A DNA stretch of 56,608 nt from Octopus bimaculoides (lineage: Eukaryota): the NCBI RefSeq assembly GCF_001194135.2, contig NC_068989.1, positions 88,057,478 through 88,114,085 on the forward strand. Direction: 5' to 3'. A program made the position numbers and the translations under genes. Under the pieces are notes generated by a model. It was given only the letters and a program-made list of their open reading frames with translations, searched no databases and was not told the DNA's origin. How positions within the stretch are numbered: the first letter of the stretch is position 1; each line of letters begins with the position of its first letter. Below are positions 10,934 to 21,279 of the stretch, piece by piece.

Positions 10934-11809
10934 NNNNNNNNNNNNNNNNNNNNNNNNNNNNNNNNNNNNNNNNNNNNNNNNNNNNNNNNNNNNNNNNNNN
11001 NNNNNNNNNNNNNNNNNNNNNNNNNNNNNNNNNNNNNNNNNNNNNNNNNNNNNNNNNNNNNNNNNNNNNNNNNNNNNNNNNNNNNNNNNNNNNNNNNNNN
11101 NNNNNNNNNNNNNNNNNNNNNNNNNNNNNNNNNNNNNNNNNNNNNNNNNNNNNNNNNNNNNNNNNNNNNNNNNNNNNNNNNNNNNNNNNNNNNNNNNNNN
11201 NNNNNNNNNNNNNNNNNNNNNNNNNNNNNNNNNNNNNNNNNNNNNNNNNNNNNNNNNNNNNNNNNNNNNNNNNNNNNNNNNNNNNNNNNNNNNNNNNNNN
11301 NNNNNNNNNNNNNNNNNNNNNNNNNNNNNNNNNNNNNNNNNNNNNNNNNNNNNNNNNNNNNNNNNNNNNNNNNNNNNNNNNNNNNNNNNNNNNNNNNNNN
11401 NNNNNNNNNNNNNNNNNNNNNNNNNNNNNNNNNNNNNNNNNNNNNNNNNNNNNNNNNNNNNNNNNNNNNNNNNNNNNNNNNNNNNNNNNNNNNNNNNNNN
11501 NNNNNNNNNNNNNNNNNNNNNNNNNNNNNNNNNNNNNNNNNNNNNNNNNNNNNNNNNNNNNNNNNNNNNNNNNNNNNNNNNNNNNNNNNNNNNNNNNNNN
11601 NNNNNNNNNNNNNNNNNNNNNNNNNNNNNNNNNNNNNNNNNNNNNNNNNNNNNNNNNNNNNNNNNNNNNNNNNNNNNNNNNNNNNNNNNNNNNNNNNNNN
11701 NNNNNNNNNNNNNNNNNNNNNNNNNNNNNNNNNNNNNNNNNNNNNNNNNNNNNNNNNNNNNNNNNNNNNNNNNNNNNNNNNNNNNNNNNNNNNNNNNNNN
11801 NNNNNNNNN
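10934..11809. other. Assembly gap (other gaps: 12618-12895, 21605-22109, 38114-38694, 42493-42650, 43863-44724, 54188-54227)
   Basis: Runs of N. All long X-containing ORFs in the track are artefacts of these gaps. Confidence 0.99.
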
Positions 11810-11960
11810 TTCCTGTTTGTTTGCAGTCTTTATTGCACCTGAACATCTGCCACAAACAAAAACTAACTTGCTAGTTAACCTGCCTTTGATGTTGCTGCAC
11901 CTCTTATGTGTCCATAGCTTGCACCGGGTACATCTTATAGAGTTACTACCTACTCCTTTT
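11810..11960 (-). mobile_element. RTE-clade LINE fragment, Cys-rich (PHD-like) segment
   Basis: The minus strand reads NSIRCTRCKLWTHKRCSNIKGRLTSKLVFVCGRCSG. Confidence 0.75.
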
Positions 11961-12354
11961 CTACATACTGAGCAGGGCCATCTACCTGAAGGGGTTTACA
12001 CACACATATATACAATGGGCTTCTTTCAGTTTCCATCTACCAAATCCACTCAAAAAGCTTTGGTCGGCCCGAGGCTATAGTAAAAGACACATGCCCAAGG
12101 TGCCACGCAGTGGGATTGAACCCGGAACCATGTGGTTAGTAAGCATGCTACTTACCACACAACCACAATGACATTGTAGGATAGGTGTGAGAGGCCTGAT
12201 CTAGTTAGATTGAACATAAAACAGGTAGAATTTTGGGGCTGAATAAGGGTGGTTTGAATGTTAAAAGGTTAAAATAAATGGGAAAAAACATCTTCCAACA
12301 TACATCCACAGAGATGCATCAACACATTCTTTAAGACATTTGTGTAAATGTGTG

Positions 12355-12617
12355 AAAAGACACACACACACACCCTCATCCACAGACACAACTAAGCACC
12401 CTCACACACAGATCCAGATATACCTACACACACACACAGATCCACTGATATACCTGCACACACACACACACACACACAAACAAGTCTACACCACACATAT
12501 CCACACACACACACACACACAAACAAGTCTATGCCACACATCCACACACACACACAAACAAACAAGTCTACAACACACATATCCACACACACACACAAGT
12601 CTACACCACACATATCC
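12355..12617. repeat. Compound (CA)n minisatellite with recurring acaagtctacaccacacatatcc unit
   Basis: At least 4 copies of caagtcta(c/t) separated by CA runs. Continues into an N gap. Confidence 0.8.
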
Positions 12618-13024
12618 NNNNNNNNNNNNNNNNNNNNNNNNNNNNNNNNNNNNNNNNNNNNNNNNNNNNNNNNNNNNNNNNNNNNNNNNNNNNNNNNNNN
12701 NNNNNNNNNNNNNNNNNNNNNNNNNNNNNNNNNNNNNNNNNNNNNNNNNNNNNNNNNNNNNNNNNNNNNNNNNNNNNNNNNNNNNNNNNNNNNNNNNNNN
12801 NNNNNNNNNNNNNNNNNNNNNNNNNNNNNNNNNNNNNNNNNNNNNNNNNNNNNNNNNNNNNNNNNNNNNNNNNNNNNNNNNNNNNNNNNNNNNNNAGATA
12901 AACCAATATCATTATCATTTTTATGTCTGTTTTTTCTATTCTTGGTGAATTGGACAAATCCTCTCCAACACGGCATCCCATCACTTGTTGCGTTCCTTTG
13001 TCCAGCTTCCTGAGACAGCCTTCA

Positions 13025-13328
13025 CTATTTCTTATTTCTTTATTGCCCACAAGGGGCTAAACATAGAGGGGACAAACAAGGACAGACAAAGGGATTAAGT
13101 CAATTACATCGACCCCAGTGCGTAACTGGTACTTAATTTATCAACCCCAGTGCGTAAATGGTACTTAATTTATCGACCCCAGTGCGTAACTGGTACTTAA
13201 TTTATCGACCCCGAAAGGATGAAAGGCAAAGTCGACCTCAGTGGAATTTGAACTCAGAATGTAACGGCAGACGAAATACCGCTACGCATTTCACCCGGTG
13301 TGCTAACATTTCTGCTAACTCACCGCCT
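13025..13328 (-). mobile_element. tRNA-derived SINE (family B), full length, with internal 32 bp triplication at 13108-13203
   Basis: Head aggcggtgagttagcag...tctgagttcaaattcc, core gtcgactttgcctttcatcctttcggggtcgataaattaagtaccag, tail gggcaataaagaaataag. Confidence 0.85.
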
Positions 13329-13329
13329 T

Positions 13330-13735
13330 CACTATTTCAGCCCATGTCTTCTTCGGTTTCCTCCTCTATTAAACCCTTCTAAATAAAATCTCCTGGCACT
13401 GCACCACCTGTCTTTACCTGTGCTCCTCCTTGCACATCACATGTCCAGACCAGTCTTGTACAATACAATTGACCCCTCTTTTTGACGCCAATTTTTCTGC
13501 CTCACCTCATTTGTATCTTATCATTCTAGCACAATAACACCACACCCCAGTGAGTCAGGTTTCCTTCATTTCCTTCCAACCCTCACCCAGCCCCTACATT
13601 CAGTCCCCATGTCTCACTATCGTGCAGCACCACAGTTCATACACACGCATTATACACTCTGCTCTTCACTCAGAGAGAGAATCCCTTGTTGTCAGTAGAG
13701 ATAATAGCACCCTAAACTTTCTCATTCAATTTTAA
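13330..13735 (-). mobile_element. Older RTE LINE fragment
   Basis: Decayed KFRVLLSLL...RVYNACV..VVLH.SETW ... GRPKKTW, homologous to 3400-3830. Confidence 0.7.
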
Positions 13736-13737
13736 TT

Positions 13738-14080
13738 CATCATCATCATCTTTTAACGTCCACTTTCCATGCTAGCATGGGTTGGACAGATTGACTGAGG
13801 CCTGGCAAGCCAGGAGGCTGCACCAGGCTCCAATCTGTTCTGGCATAGTTTCTACAGCTGGATGCCTTTCCTAACACCAACCACTCCAAGAGTGTAGTGG
13901 GTGCTTTTTACGTGCCACCGGCACAGGAGTCAGTCAGGAGGCACTGACAATGACCATGATTGAATGGTGCTTTTTACATGCCACTGGCACAGGAACCATT
14001 CAGGTGGCACTGGCATCAACCATGCTTGAATGGTGCCTTTTACGTGCCACCGGCACAGGAGCGAGTCAGGCAGCACTGGC
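13738..14080 (-). mobile_element. Family C RTE-tail repeat with three 66 bp-type tandem units
   Basis: (CAT)n tail, then repeated ggtgctttttacgtgccaccggcacaggag units. Confidence 0.8.
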
Positions 14081-16444
14081 ATTGGCTACTATATCCTCTA
14101 TTCCCTTGCTAGATTAGGTCACTTAGGTAAGAGAAGCTATCAACCATGTGAGCATTGCAAAAAACTTATTTTACTGGTGTTCCAGTGGGGGGGGGGTCTC
14201 ACTACTTTTGTATATCTACCACAAGCAAAGGTCTCGTGTATCATTTGCCCTTGATTCTGCTACACCTCTTATGCAACTATAGATTACATAGGGTTCACTG
14301 AATGGAATCTTTATATACCACTCTTCTGTATATGGAGCATGGCCATTTCCTTGCTTGGAAACAGGTGAGAGTTGGTAACAGGAAGAGCATCTAGTTGTAG
14401 AAAATCTGCCTCAACAAAATTCCATCCGACTCATGCAAGTAAGGGAAAAGGACATCAAATGGTAGTGATTATGTACACAAACTTATGTATACATATATTA
14501 CATTTGGCCTTGGTCAAGAGGATTGGCCTTGGTCAAGAGGATCGGCCTGCACGAGTCTTGTGTCGGTGCCACATAAAAAGCACTTGTGCCAATGTCACAT
14601 TAAAAGCACACTTTGTGAAGTGGTTGGCATTAGGAAGGGCATCCAGCTGTAGAAACCAAACCAAATCAGGCTGGAACCTGGTACAGCTTGCTGGCTCTGG
14701 TCAAACTGTCCAACCAATGCCAACATGGAAGATGCATGCTAAAGGATAATGATGATGATGATGATGGTGACACACTATTGGGAGACTGTAGACTCTCTTG
14801 AGTTCATCTGCACTCTGACAGGTTTTGTTTCACAAGTTGCAATATTTTTGGTTGACTAATCTTACTTCAAAAATATTATCTCAGATCTTTGTCTGTCTAG
14901 AACAACTGAGTATTTATTTATGATTGATTGATTGATTGATTGAGATAGACAGACAGATAAATAAATAAATAGACAGACACAGATACATAGAGCTTGTGGG
15001 TCTGGTTCTTGGGCCAAGTTTATTTATCAAGGCTTAGGACTCCTTCAATTCACTACTATGGGATCAGAAATCAGTCAGTTGGCTCTTTTTTTTTTTTTTT
15101 TCAACTATATGCATGGCTATATGGTAAGAAGCTCACTTTGCAGTCACATGGTTTTGGGTTCACTTTCATTGCTTGGCACCTCAGGCAAGTGTCTTTTACT
15201 AAAGTTCTAGGTTGACAAATGCCTTGTGAGTGGCAGAAACTGAGTGGAAGCTCCATGTAAGCATGGAAAAGTCGAAGTTGAAACGAGGATGATGAATATA
15301 TAAGTGTGTGTGTTTTTACCCCACCACTACCACCAACACCACCACTAGACAACCAATGTTGGTTTGTTAATGTCCCCAGTAGTTCGGCAAAAGTAAACAA
15401 TAGAATGAGCACCACACATGAAAATAAGTACTGGGGTCGATAGAGGGAACAGTAAAAAAAACCAAACAGCATGACAATTTTCGGGTCCTGTGGTGGTAAA
15501 CCCCACACTTTCTCTAGCGACAACCTGGTGTGTTTGGCCAGCAGCCCTGACTTCTCTCCTCGTCAAACAAAGACAAAATTTCAAAATATCAGCCGCAAGA
15601 TTTGTGTTTGAGCCTGTGGCAGTGGAGAACTCCTGCGTTCTTGGTCCACCGGACTACATCTCTGCTCACTTCTATCAGGCCAGAGATCGCTACCCGTAAG
15701 TGCAATCCCCAGAGTAGCTGTTCCAACATGTCTCCCTTGCCAATTTTCAGGGAAACGCCTTTTTCATTTTGTCCGTCGGTACAATGAGGCAGACTGACAA
15801 GTTTTTTTTTAGTTGCAGCTGTTGTATCTCTTAAGACTACACATATCCTCTTAAATGTTCCCACAAAAATATGCAGCCGTTATTTTCCAACACTGAAAAC
15901 CTGTAAGCTCACCTATAGCGTAGGATTAAAGAAAGCGCATCTTGAAGTTGTCGACACAGTGGCGCCTGACATAGTCACTTGGTATACTTGAAACAACAGC
16001 TAGATCTTCTCAAATCACATCCAGCCCAGAGCCGTCTTAAGGCATGGGCAGAATGGGCAATTGCCTAGGGGCTCATGAGTCTAGGGGCCAATTCTAATTT
16101 ATGCATGTTGTGGCTACTATCAATAAATACTACAATCTGATTCATTGACTGCAAAGACAGCTCTAACCTAAACATGCTAATTAAGAACACATTTGATAAT
16201 GTAGCCCCAGGTATACATTTTTCTTTTTAGTGCTTAGTCAAAGCAGGAAAGGCAATGCCCAAGGCCTTTCGGGAGTGGGGACTCTGAGACTGAGTGGAAG
16301 GGGGGATGTTATCATCAAACCAGAAATATAGCACGGATTCTGTAAAAGGACCAAATGGTGACATAAAACTGAGCGATGGATTAAGTCCATTACACGAGAA
16401 CACAGAGGGCAGATATAAATTACAAGGTATCTTATCCTACGTTC

Positions 16445-17006
16445 GGATCTTTTTTAAAACGGGGGCCACATTTTTCATTAACGAAACACTTTGAAACTTG
16501 GAACACTGGTAGAATGTGTCATATAAAACATCTTTTTCTCTTAGTCTTCTTTTAAAAAAAAGAAATCCATAAATTATTCCATGTTAAAGTTGTCGTATTT
16601 CTGTAATTTCAACCAATCACTGACGTCCATTCAGCCGATATACATTAAGTGCCGACTACATAAACAAATGATTCTGAAACAATTAACCCTAACTCTAACG
16701 TTAGGGTTAGGGTTAAAGCAAATTTAAAATGAAAAAAGCAAATAAAACGAAGGTATGGAGATTAAATACGCTTTACATCGCTTAATCAGCCAAAGGAGTA
16801 AATATAAACAACTGAATACTTGTCAGTGATTGGTTGAAATTATCGAAATAAGACAATTTTTTACATGAAATAAATTCGAATACAAAAATATTTTTCTGTT
16901 CTATAACACAAAATAGATAAGTATACGAAGTTTGAAAGTCTTTCGGTACCAAAAACACTACGTAAAACATTAATGAAAAATGTGGCCCCCGTTTTAAAAA
17001 AGATCC
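16445..17006. mobile_element. Palindromic MITE with 37 bp perfect TIRs, perfect 8 bp TSD (CTACGTTC) and a central inverted TTAGGG-like repeat
   Basis: TIR GGATCTTTTTTAAAACGGGGGCCACATTTTTCATTAA at both ends. TSD at 16437-16444 and 17007-17014. Inner inverted pair tttcaaccaatcactgac / gtcagtgattggttgaaa. Centre aaccctaactctaacgttagggttagggtt. Confidence 0.92.
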
Positions 17007-17584
17007 CTACGTTCTAACAATTCCGTCCTTGGTCTGACACGGTTCGAACGCATTTGATCATAGATCCGTTACCTTACAGTAAGCCTGTGGTTAAACAATA
17101 GCAGTTATGTAGTGGCGCAAACAAAACAAAATAGACTTGGAGACGGGTGAAGCCTTTACGTGGTCGCTTGATATGTTAGAAATAGCAGCCAAATCTCCTT
17201 GCCATCTCTAAAATAGGACATGTAGCAAAATGTGATGTTCATGGATCAATGTAAGTTGTCGGGTGTAGAAGTTGTCCGGCATCGATGGAAAAGAATGAAG
17301 AAATAGGAATGAAGTTTACATCATTTTGGTTTCAAATCTCAGGCAGGGCCAAGCGAGGTCCCTACAGATACACTGGATAGTGTAGTCCGGCGAAAGTAAA
17401 AAGTACGCACATTTGGTGTTCAGGGTTAGGGCGGTACACCATCCGAAAACGGGTGGTGTGCCGTTGTGTAGTCTTATATGCAAAATTCCCCACGAAAAGA
17501 TACGACGGTACTGCCATGGCTGGAACGCCATTTATCATAGGCCGCTTTGATGAGATTGAAGGCCAAATAACGGAACCTCTATAA

Positions 17585-17721
17585 CAGGCATGGGCAGCCT
17601 TATCCAAGAAGCTAGCAGCACGAGACAAGGCTCATAGTCAGGCAGATAATACTAAAAACATGTAAGTTTTTCGTAGGCGTGTCTTTCAGAATGTCTCGCG
17701 GGCCTCAGTTTGCCCATGGTG
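17585..17721. mobile_element. Possible hAT-type MITE remnant
   Basis: Imperfect TIRs caggcatgggcagcct / agtttgcccatggtg. No clean TSD. Confidence 0.4.
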
Positions 17722-18010
17722 CTACGTAGTCGCTCGAGTAGCTAGAAACAGCAACGAAATTCCTTTCACTCAACTGTTTTATATTTAAAACAAAAACAGA
17801 CATATCAATTATTGCAAACTGATATGAATTATGCCTAAGAAGGTGGATGGTCTTGGCTGGAATATCTTTCGACATTGGCCAGCCTGGTGCTAAAACAGCA
17901 GCAACATGGGACAAAGAGGAGGAGAACTGAAACAGCAACAACATGGAACGAGGTGGTGCTGTAATGAAATTAAATAATAACGAACGACGACAGACAAAAA
18001 CATAGCTCAC

Positions 18011-18124
18011 CTCTTCTGTCTGTGCATCCCAAGTATTGTTGGTGATACCATTGTTAAACTGCCATGTACCGAGACACACAGGAGACACTTTCAGATCGGT
18101 GCCGAGAAGGGTTATGAGTTCCAT
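18011..18124 (-). CDS. AKR coding exon 1 (MELITLLGTDLKVSPVCLGTWQFNNGITNNTWDAQTEE)
   Basis: ATG at 18124. Typical AKR N-terminus (LG.TDLKVSPVCLGTW). Donor GAG|GTGAGC, phase 0, 114 nt. Confidence 0.9.
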
Positions 18125-19233
18125 AGTTGATTCGATCTTGAATAAAGAAATCTGAAGTTGCGAGTTTTGAAGCCGGGAAAAGAAGAAATGACGTGGTGAG
18201 AGGAGAACTATAAGTGATAGTGGGAGGAGGAGAACTGAAAGAGAATGCAGTGGTGGTGGTTGTGGTGCTGAGGGTTATAAAAGGAGAAGGAAGACCAGAA
18301 TGGTAATGTTACTGATGGATAAAGAAGATGATATGGTGCTAATAATTGTAGTGAGAGATGGGAAGGGGAGGTGTTCATGGTGGTAGTAGGAGGAATGGAA
18401 ATAAAGATATTCTAATATGGTAGTTGTGGTAGGAGGGAATTCACACGCTAGTCATGAGGGTAGTGGTGGTGGAGACGTAAGCTATAGTAGGGGGAGGCGA
18501 AACATTAAAAGTATTGGGGGGTAGGAGTCACATTGGTGGTGATAGTGAGAGATGAAGAATGTAATGTAGTGACTGTAACAGTGGTGGTAGTAGTAAGAGA
18601 TAGAAACATTAGGTAATACCGGTGCGAGTTACTTTTTAACCCTAGGTCAGGCTAGATCAAACCGGCATGTAATCAAAAATGTTCCTTTTGTGACAATCCA
18701 GCCTTTGTTTGTTATTTTTTAAACATAATGTACCCTGGACTACATTATCCCATACGTCATTATTTTTCTTTAGGCAGATAGGGTATGATTTGAAGGAAAT
18801 TTGGCTGCCATTTCTAGCATGCTGAACGACCACTGCTGGTGGTGGTGATAGTGAGGGATAAAAAAAGAACTAAAACTTAGCGGCAGTGGTGAAGACAGAA
18901 ATAAAGTAGGTTACAATGTGGTGAACGTGGTGAGAATATATAAAGTTACGTCGGTGGTACCCTGTAGTGATAGCGGGAGGACTTTGTCTGAAGGTAATAG
19001 TCACAGATAAGATCAAAGTGGAAGTTGTCTTAGTAAAAGGACGATGCAAGGAAATGATGTCGCTGGTGCGGAAAACGAAACTTATGAAAGATCTATTGTA
19101 ATTCCACTCACGTCTGGGACGTATCAGAGAAATAACAATATCGTCCCCTGTTTATTTTACCGACTCTACAAAGCTCACTTCGGCGGAACGTGAATGAACT
19201 CAGAATTTAAAAGGCTGTTGTAACCAGATTCTG

Positions 19234-19442
19234 GGTAATTTTTCAGATTAACACCCGTACGATCTTCACTAGGGTGTTAGGATTAGGGTTTTAGGATCAG
19301 GGTTAGGGTTAGTGTTTAGGGTTACGGTTAGGGACGGAATTCCCTAACCCTAACCCTTACCCTAAAACCCTAACCCTGACCCTAAAACCCTAACCCTAAC
19401 ACCCTAGTGAAGATCGTGCGGGTGTTAATCTGAAAAATTACC
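19234..19442. mobile_element. Palindromic MITE (GGTAA...TTACC) with inverted (TTAGGG)n/(CCCTAA)n core
   Basis: About 48 bp TIRs ggtaatttttcagattaacacccg(t/c)acgatcttcactagggtgttagg. GATTCTG direct repeat at 19227-19233 and 19443-19449. Confidence 0.9.
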
Positions 19443-19449
19443 GATTCTG

Positions 19450-20530
19450 TAAGGGTATTATTGCAAACAACGATCTGCATTGAACAAACCACATCTCTAA
19501 GATTGTCAAGATTGCTGAGGGTGTCTTAGCACCACTCAACCGTTCTCCAGCTATCTATTTAATGCTGTATGTGACTATGGTACGTCCACAGAGCTTGCAT
19601 CACCATTCTGGAACCCCTATCTTGCTCAGCATATCAATCTACTGGAAAACTGTTCAGGAAAATGGAACCACACGAATACAAGCCGCCAGGCATCTACCAT
19701 TCTTCGAAAGTTTTGTTTCCCTGGGCATGGGACACATTAAAGCTTCTACGTCTGGCAACTGAGTTGGCAGACACCCACAAGATTATCCACCATCTTTCCA
19801 ACAACAACCTCGGGCACCTTTTTTGAATTCCATATGTCTAACATTCTCTTTTACTCTTTTACTTGTTTCAGTCATTTGACTGCGGCCATGCTGGAGCACC
19901 GCCTTTAGTCGAGCAAATTGACCCAAGGACTTATTCTTTGTAAGCCTAGTACTTATTCTCTTGGTCTCTTTTGCCGAACCGCTAAGTTACAGGAACGTAA
20001 ACACAACAGTATCGGTTGTGAAGCAATGTTGGGGGGGGGGGGCAAACACAAACACACAAACATATATACACACACAAACATACATATATATATATATACA
20101 TATATACGACGGGCTTCTTTCAGCTTCCGTCTACAAAATCCACTCACAAGGCTTTGGTCGGCCCGAGGCTATAGTTGAAAGACGCTTGCCCAAGGTGCCA
20201 CGCAGTGGGACTGAACCCGGAACCATGTAGCTCGTAAGCAAGCTACTTACCACAGCAACAGACATGCTTACAAAATTAAAAAACAACACAGCACCCATAA
20301 CTTTCGGAAACATTTTTTCACGCTCAGAATTGCTGAAGCATGGAATAAACTACCCGCATCAGGTGTTAGCTGTCGAGACACTCCATCCTTCAAAACTTCC
20401 TTGCTTCCTGAAATTCGCCAGCAATACACCTGATGTCCCCTACCTCTCTTTCCTTTATTATTAATGTTAATTTTAGTTGTAGTACATCTGAGCACTGTAT
20501 ACGACAAATTTCATTATATGTAAAAAAAAA
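19450..20530 (+). mobile_element. CR1-clade LINE 3' portion, interrupted by a family A SINE
   Basis: Decayed LY.TMVRP.LE.ASPFWNPY...I.LLE.VQ, then after the SINE FRKHFFTLRIAEAWNKLPAS..S....SFK, followed by an A-rich tail. Confidence 0.8.
19845..20253 (-). mobile_element. CORE-like SINE family A, near full length, nested in CR1
   Basis: Reverse complement of the 46621-47019 copy. Confidence 0.9.
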
Positions 20531-21279
20531 ATTTGTCCGACGCGCAGACAAGAATGATAGTCCGTGTTGGGAAAAGTCCACTAGGTTCAATTCCTGTGAA
20601 CAGGGCTGTCTCAGTAGCTTTATAAGCCTCCAGGCAAATCACTGCAACTGGGCCCTTTAGTATTCATTCATTAACAGCAAGCCACAGCATACGTAGATAA
20701 GAATTGACCCCTAGGTCTATGAGGCACCCAAGCAAATGCAAAAATGTGCTCGTGACTTAAGACGGCACTGACTGTGAGACATTTATCTTCTTTAAGATGT
20801 ACATATGTGCGCGTGCACAAAAATTAATATTCATACGAATTAGGGTATGCGAGGACAGTTGAACGAAACAGAATTACCGAAAAACGATTGACCGAATTAA
20901 CAGTTTCTCAAATCAATAATCAATCGAATTATAGCATGTAGTTTCGGGTTTAGTCCCACTGCACAGCACCTTGGGCATGTGCCTTCTGTACTATAGCCCC
21001 AGGATGTCCGATGCCTTGTGAGTGGATTTGGCAGATGAAAACTGTGTGCCCTTCACATCTGTGTATGTGTGTGTGTGTATTTGCTGCCCATCACAGCTCA
21101 ACAACCGTGCTGGTTTATTTACGTCCTCGTAACTTAGCTGTTCGCCAAAAGGGTCAGTATAAAGAGCAGATTTTAAAATAAGTACTGGGGTCATTTCAAC
21201 TAAAACCCGTCAAGTTGGTACCTCTGCATGGCTGTAGTCCAATGACTGAAACAAGAAAAAGATAAAAGATAAATATAAA

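Larger units (their letters stand above)
2260..18124 (-). other. Aldo-keto reductase gene span (incomplete: 6 exons, 284 codons recovered)
   Basis: Six GT-AG exons with compatible phases give an AKR (beta/alpha)8 protein with LGTWQF, ASKYGF, SL..LKTNYIDIYQIHWP, GVCNF, SNQLGYSLL, AYSPLQQGLLSGKY and SVIVGARNPEQIEQN motifs. Confidence 0.9.

Noticed and set aside
10819-12080. Long ORFs of 300-384 aa (also at 12340-13050, 21520-22234, 38047-38951, 42379-42799, 43686-44807)
   Set aside because: They consist of X residues from N gaps. The exception is the real LSM12 exon 4 embedded in the 38109-38894 frame.
17705-18124. 139 aa ORF as a stand-alone gene
   Set aside because: Only the first 38 codons are AKR-like. 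A strong GTGAG donor follows at 18010.
18190-18610. Purine-rich GGT/GTA low-complexity tract upstream of the AKR as a G-quadruplex or regulatory element
   Set aside because: It is mostly GG doublets in a degenerate trinucleotide repeat, a common feature of this genome type with no specific support.
19270-19400. True telomere or chromosome fusion site
   Set aside because: The TTAGGG/CCCTAA tracts are short, degenerate, enclosed by TIRs and TSDs, and recur at 46004, so they are part of a MITE.
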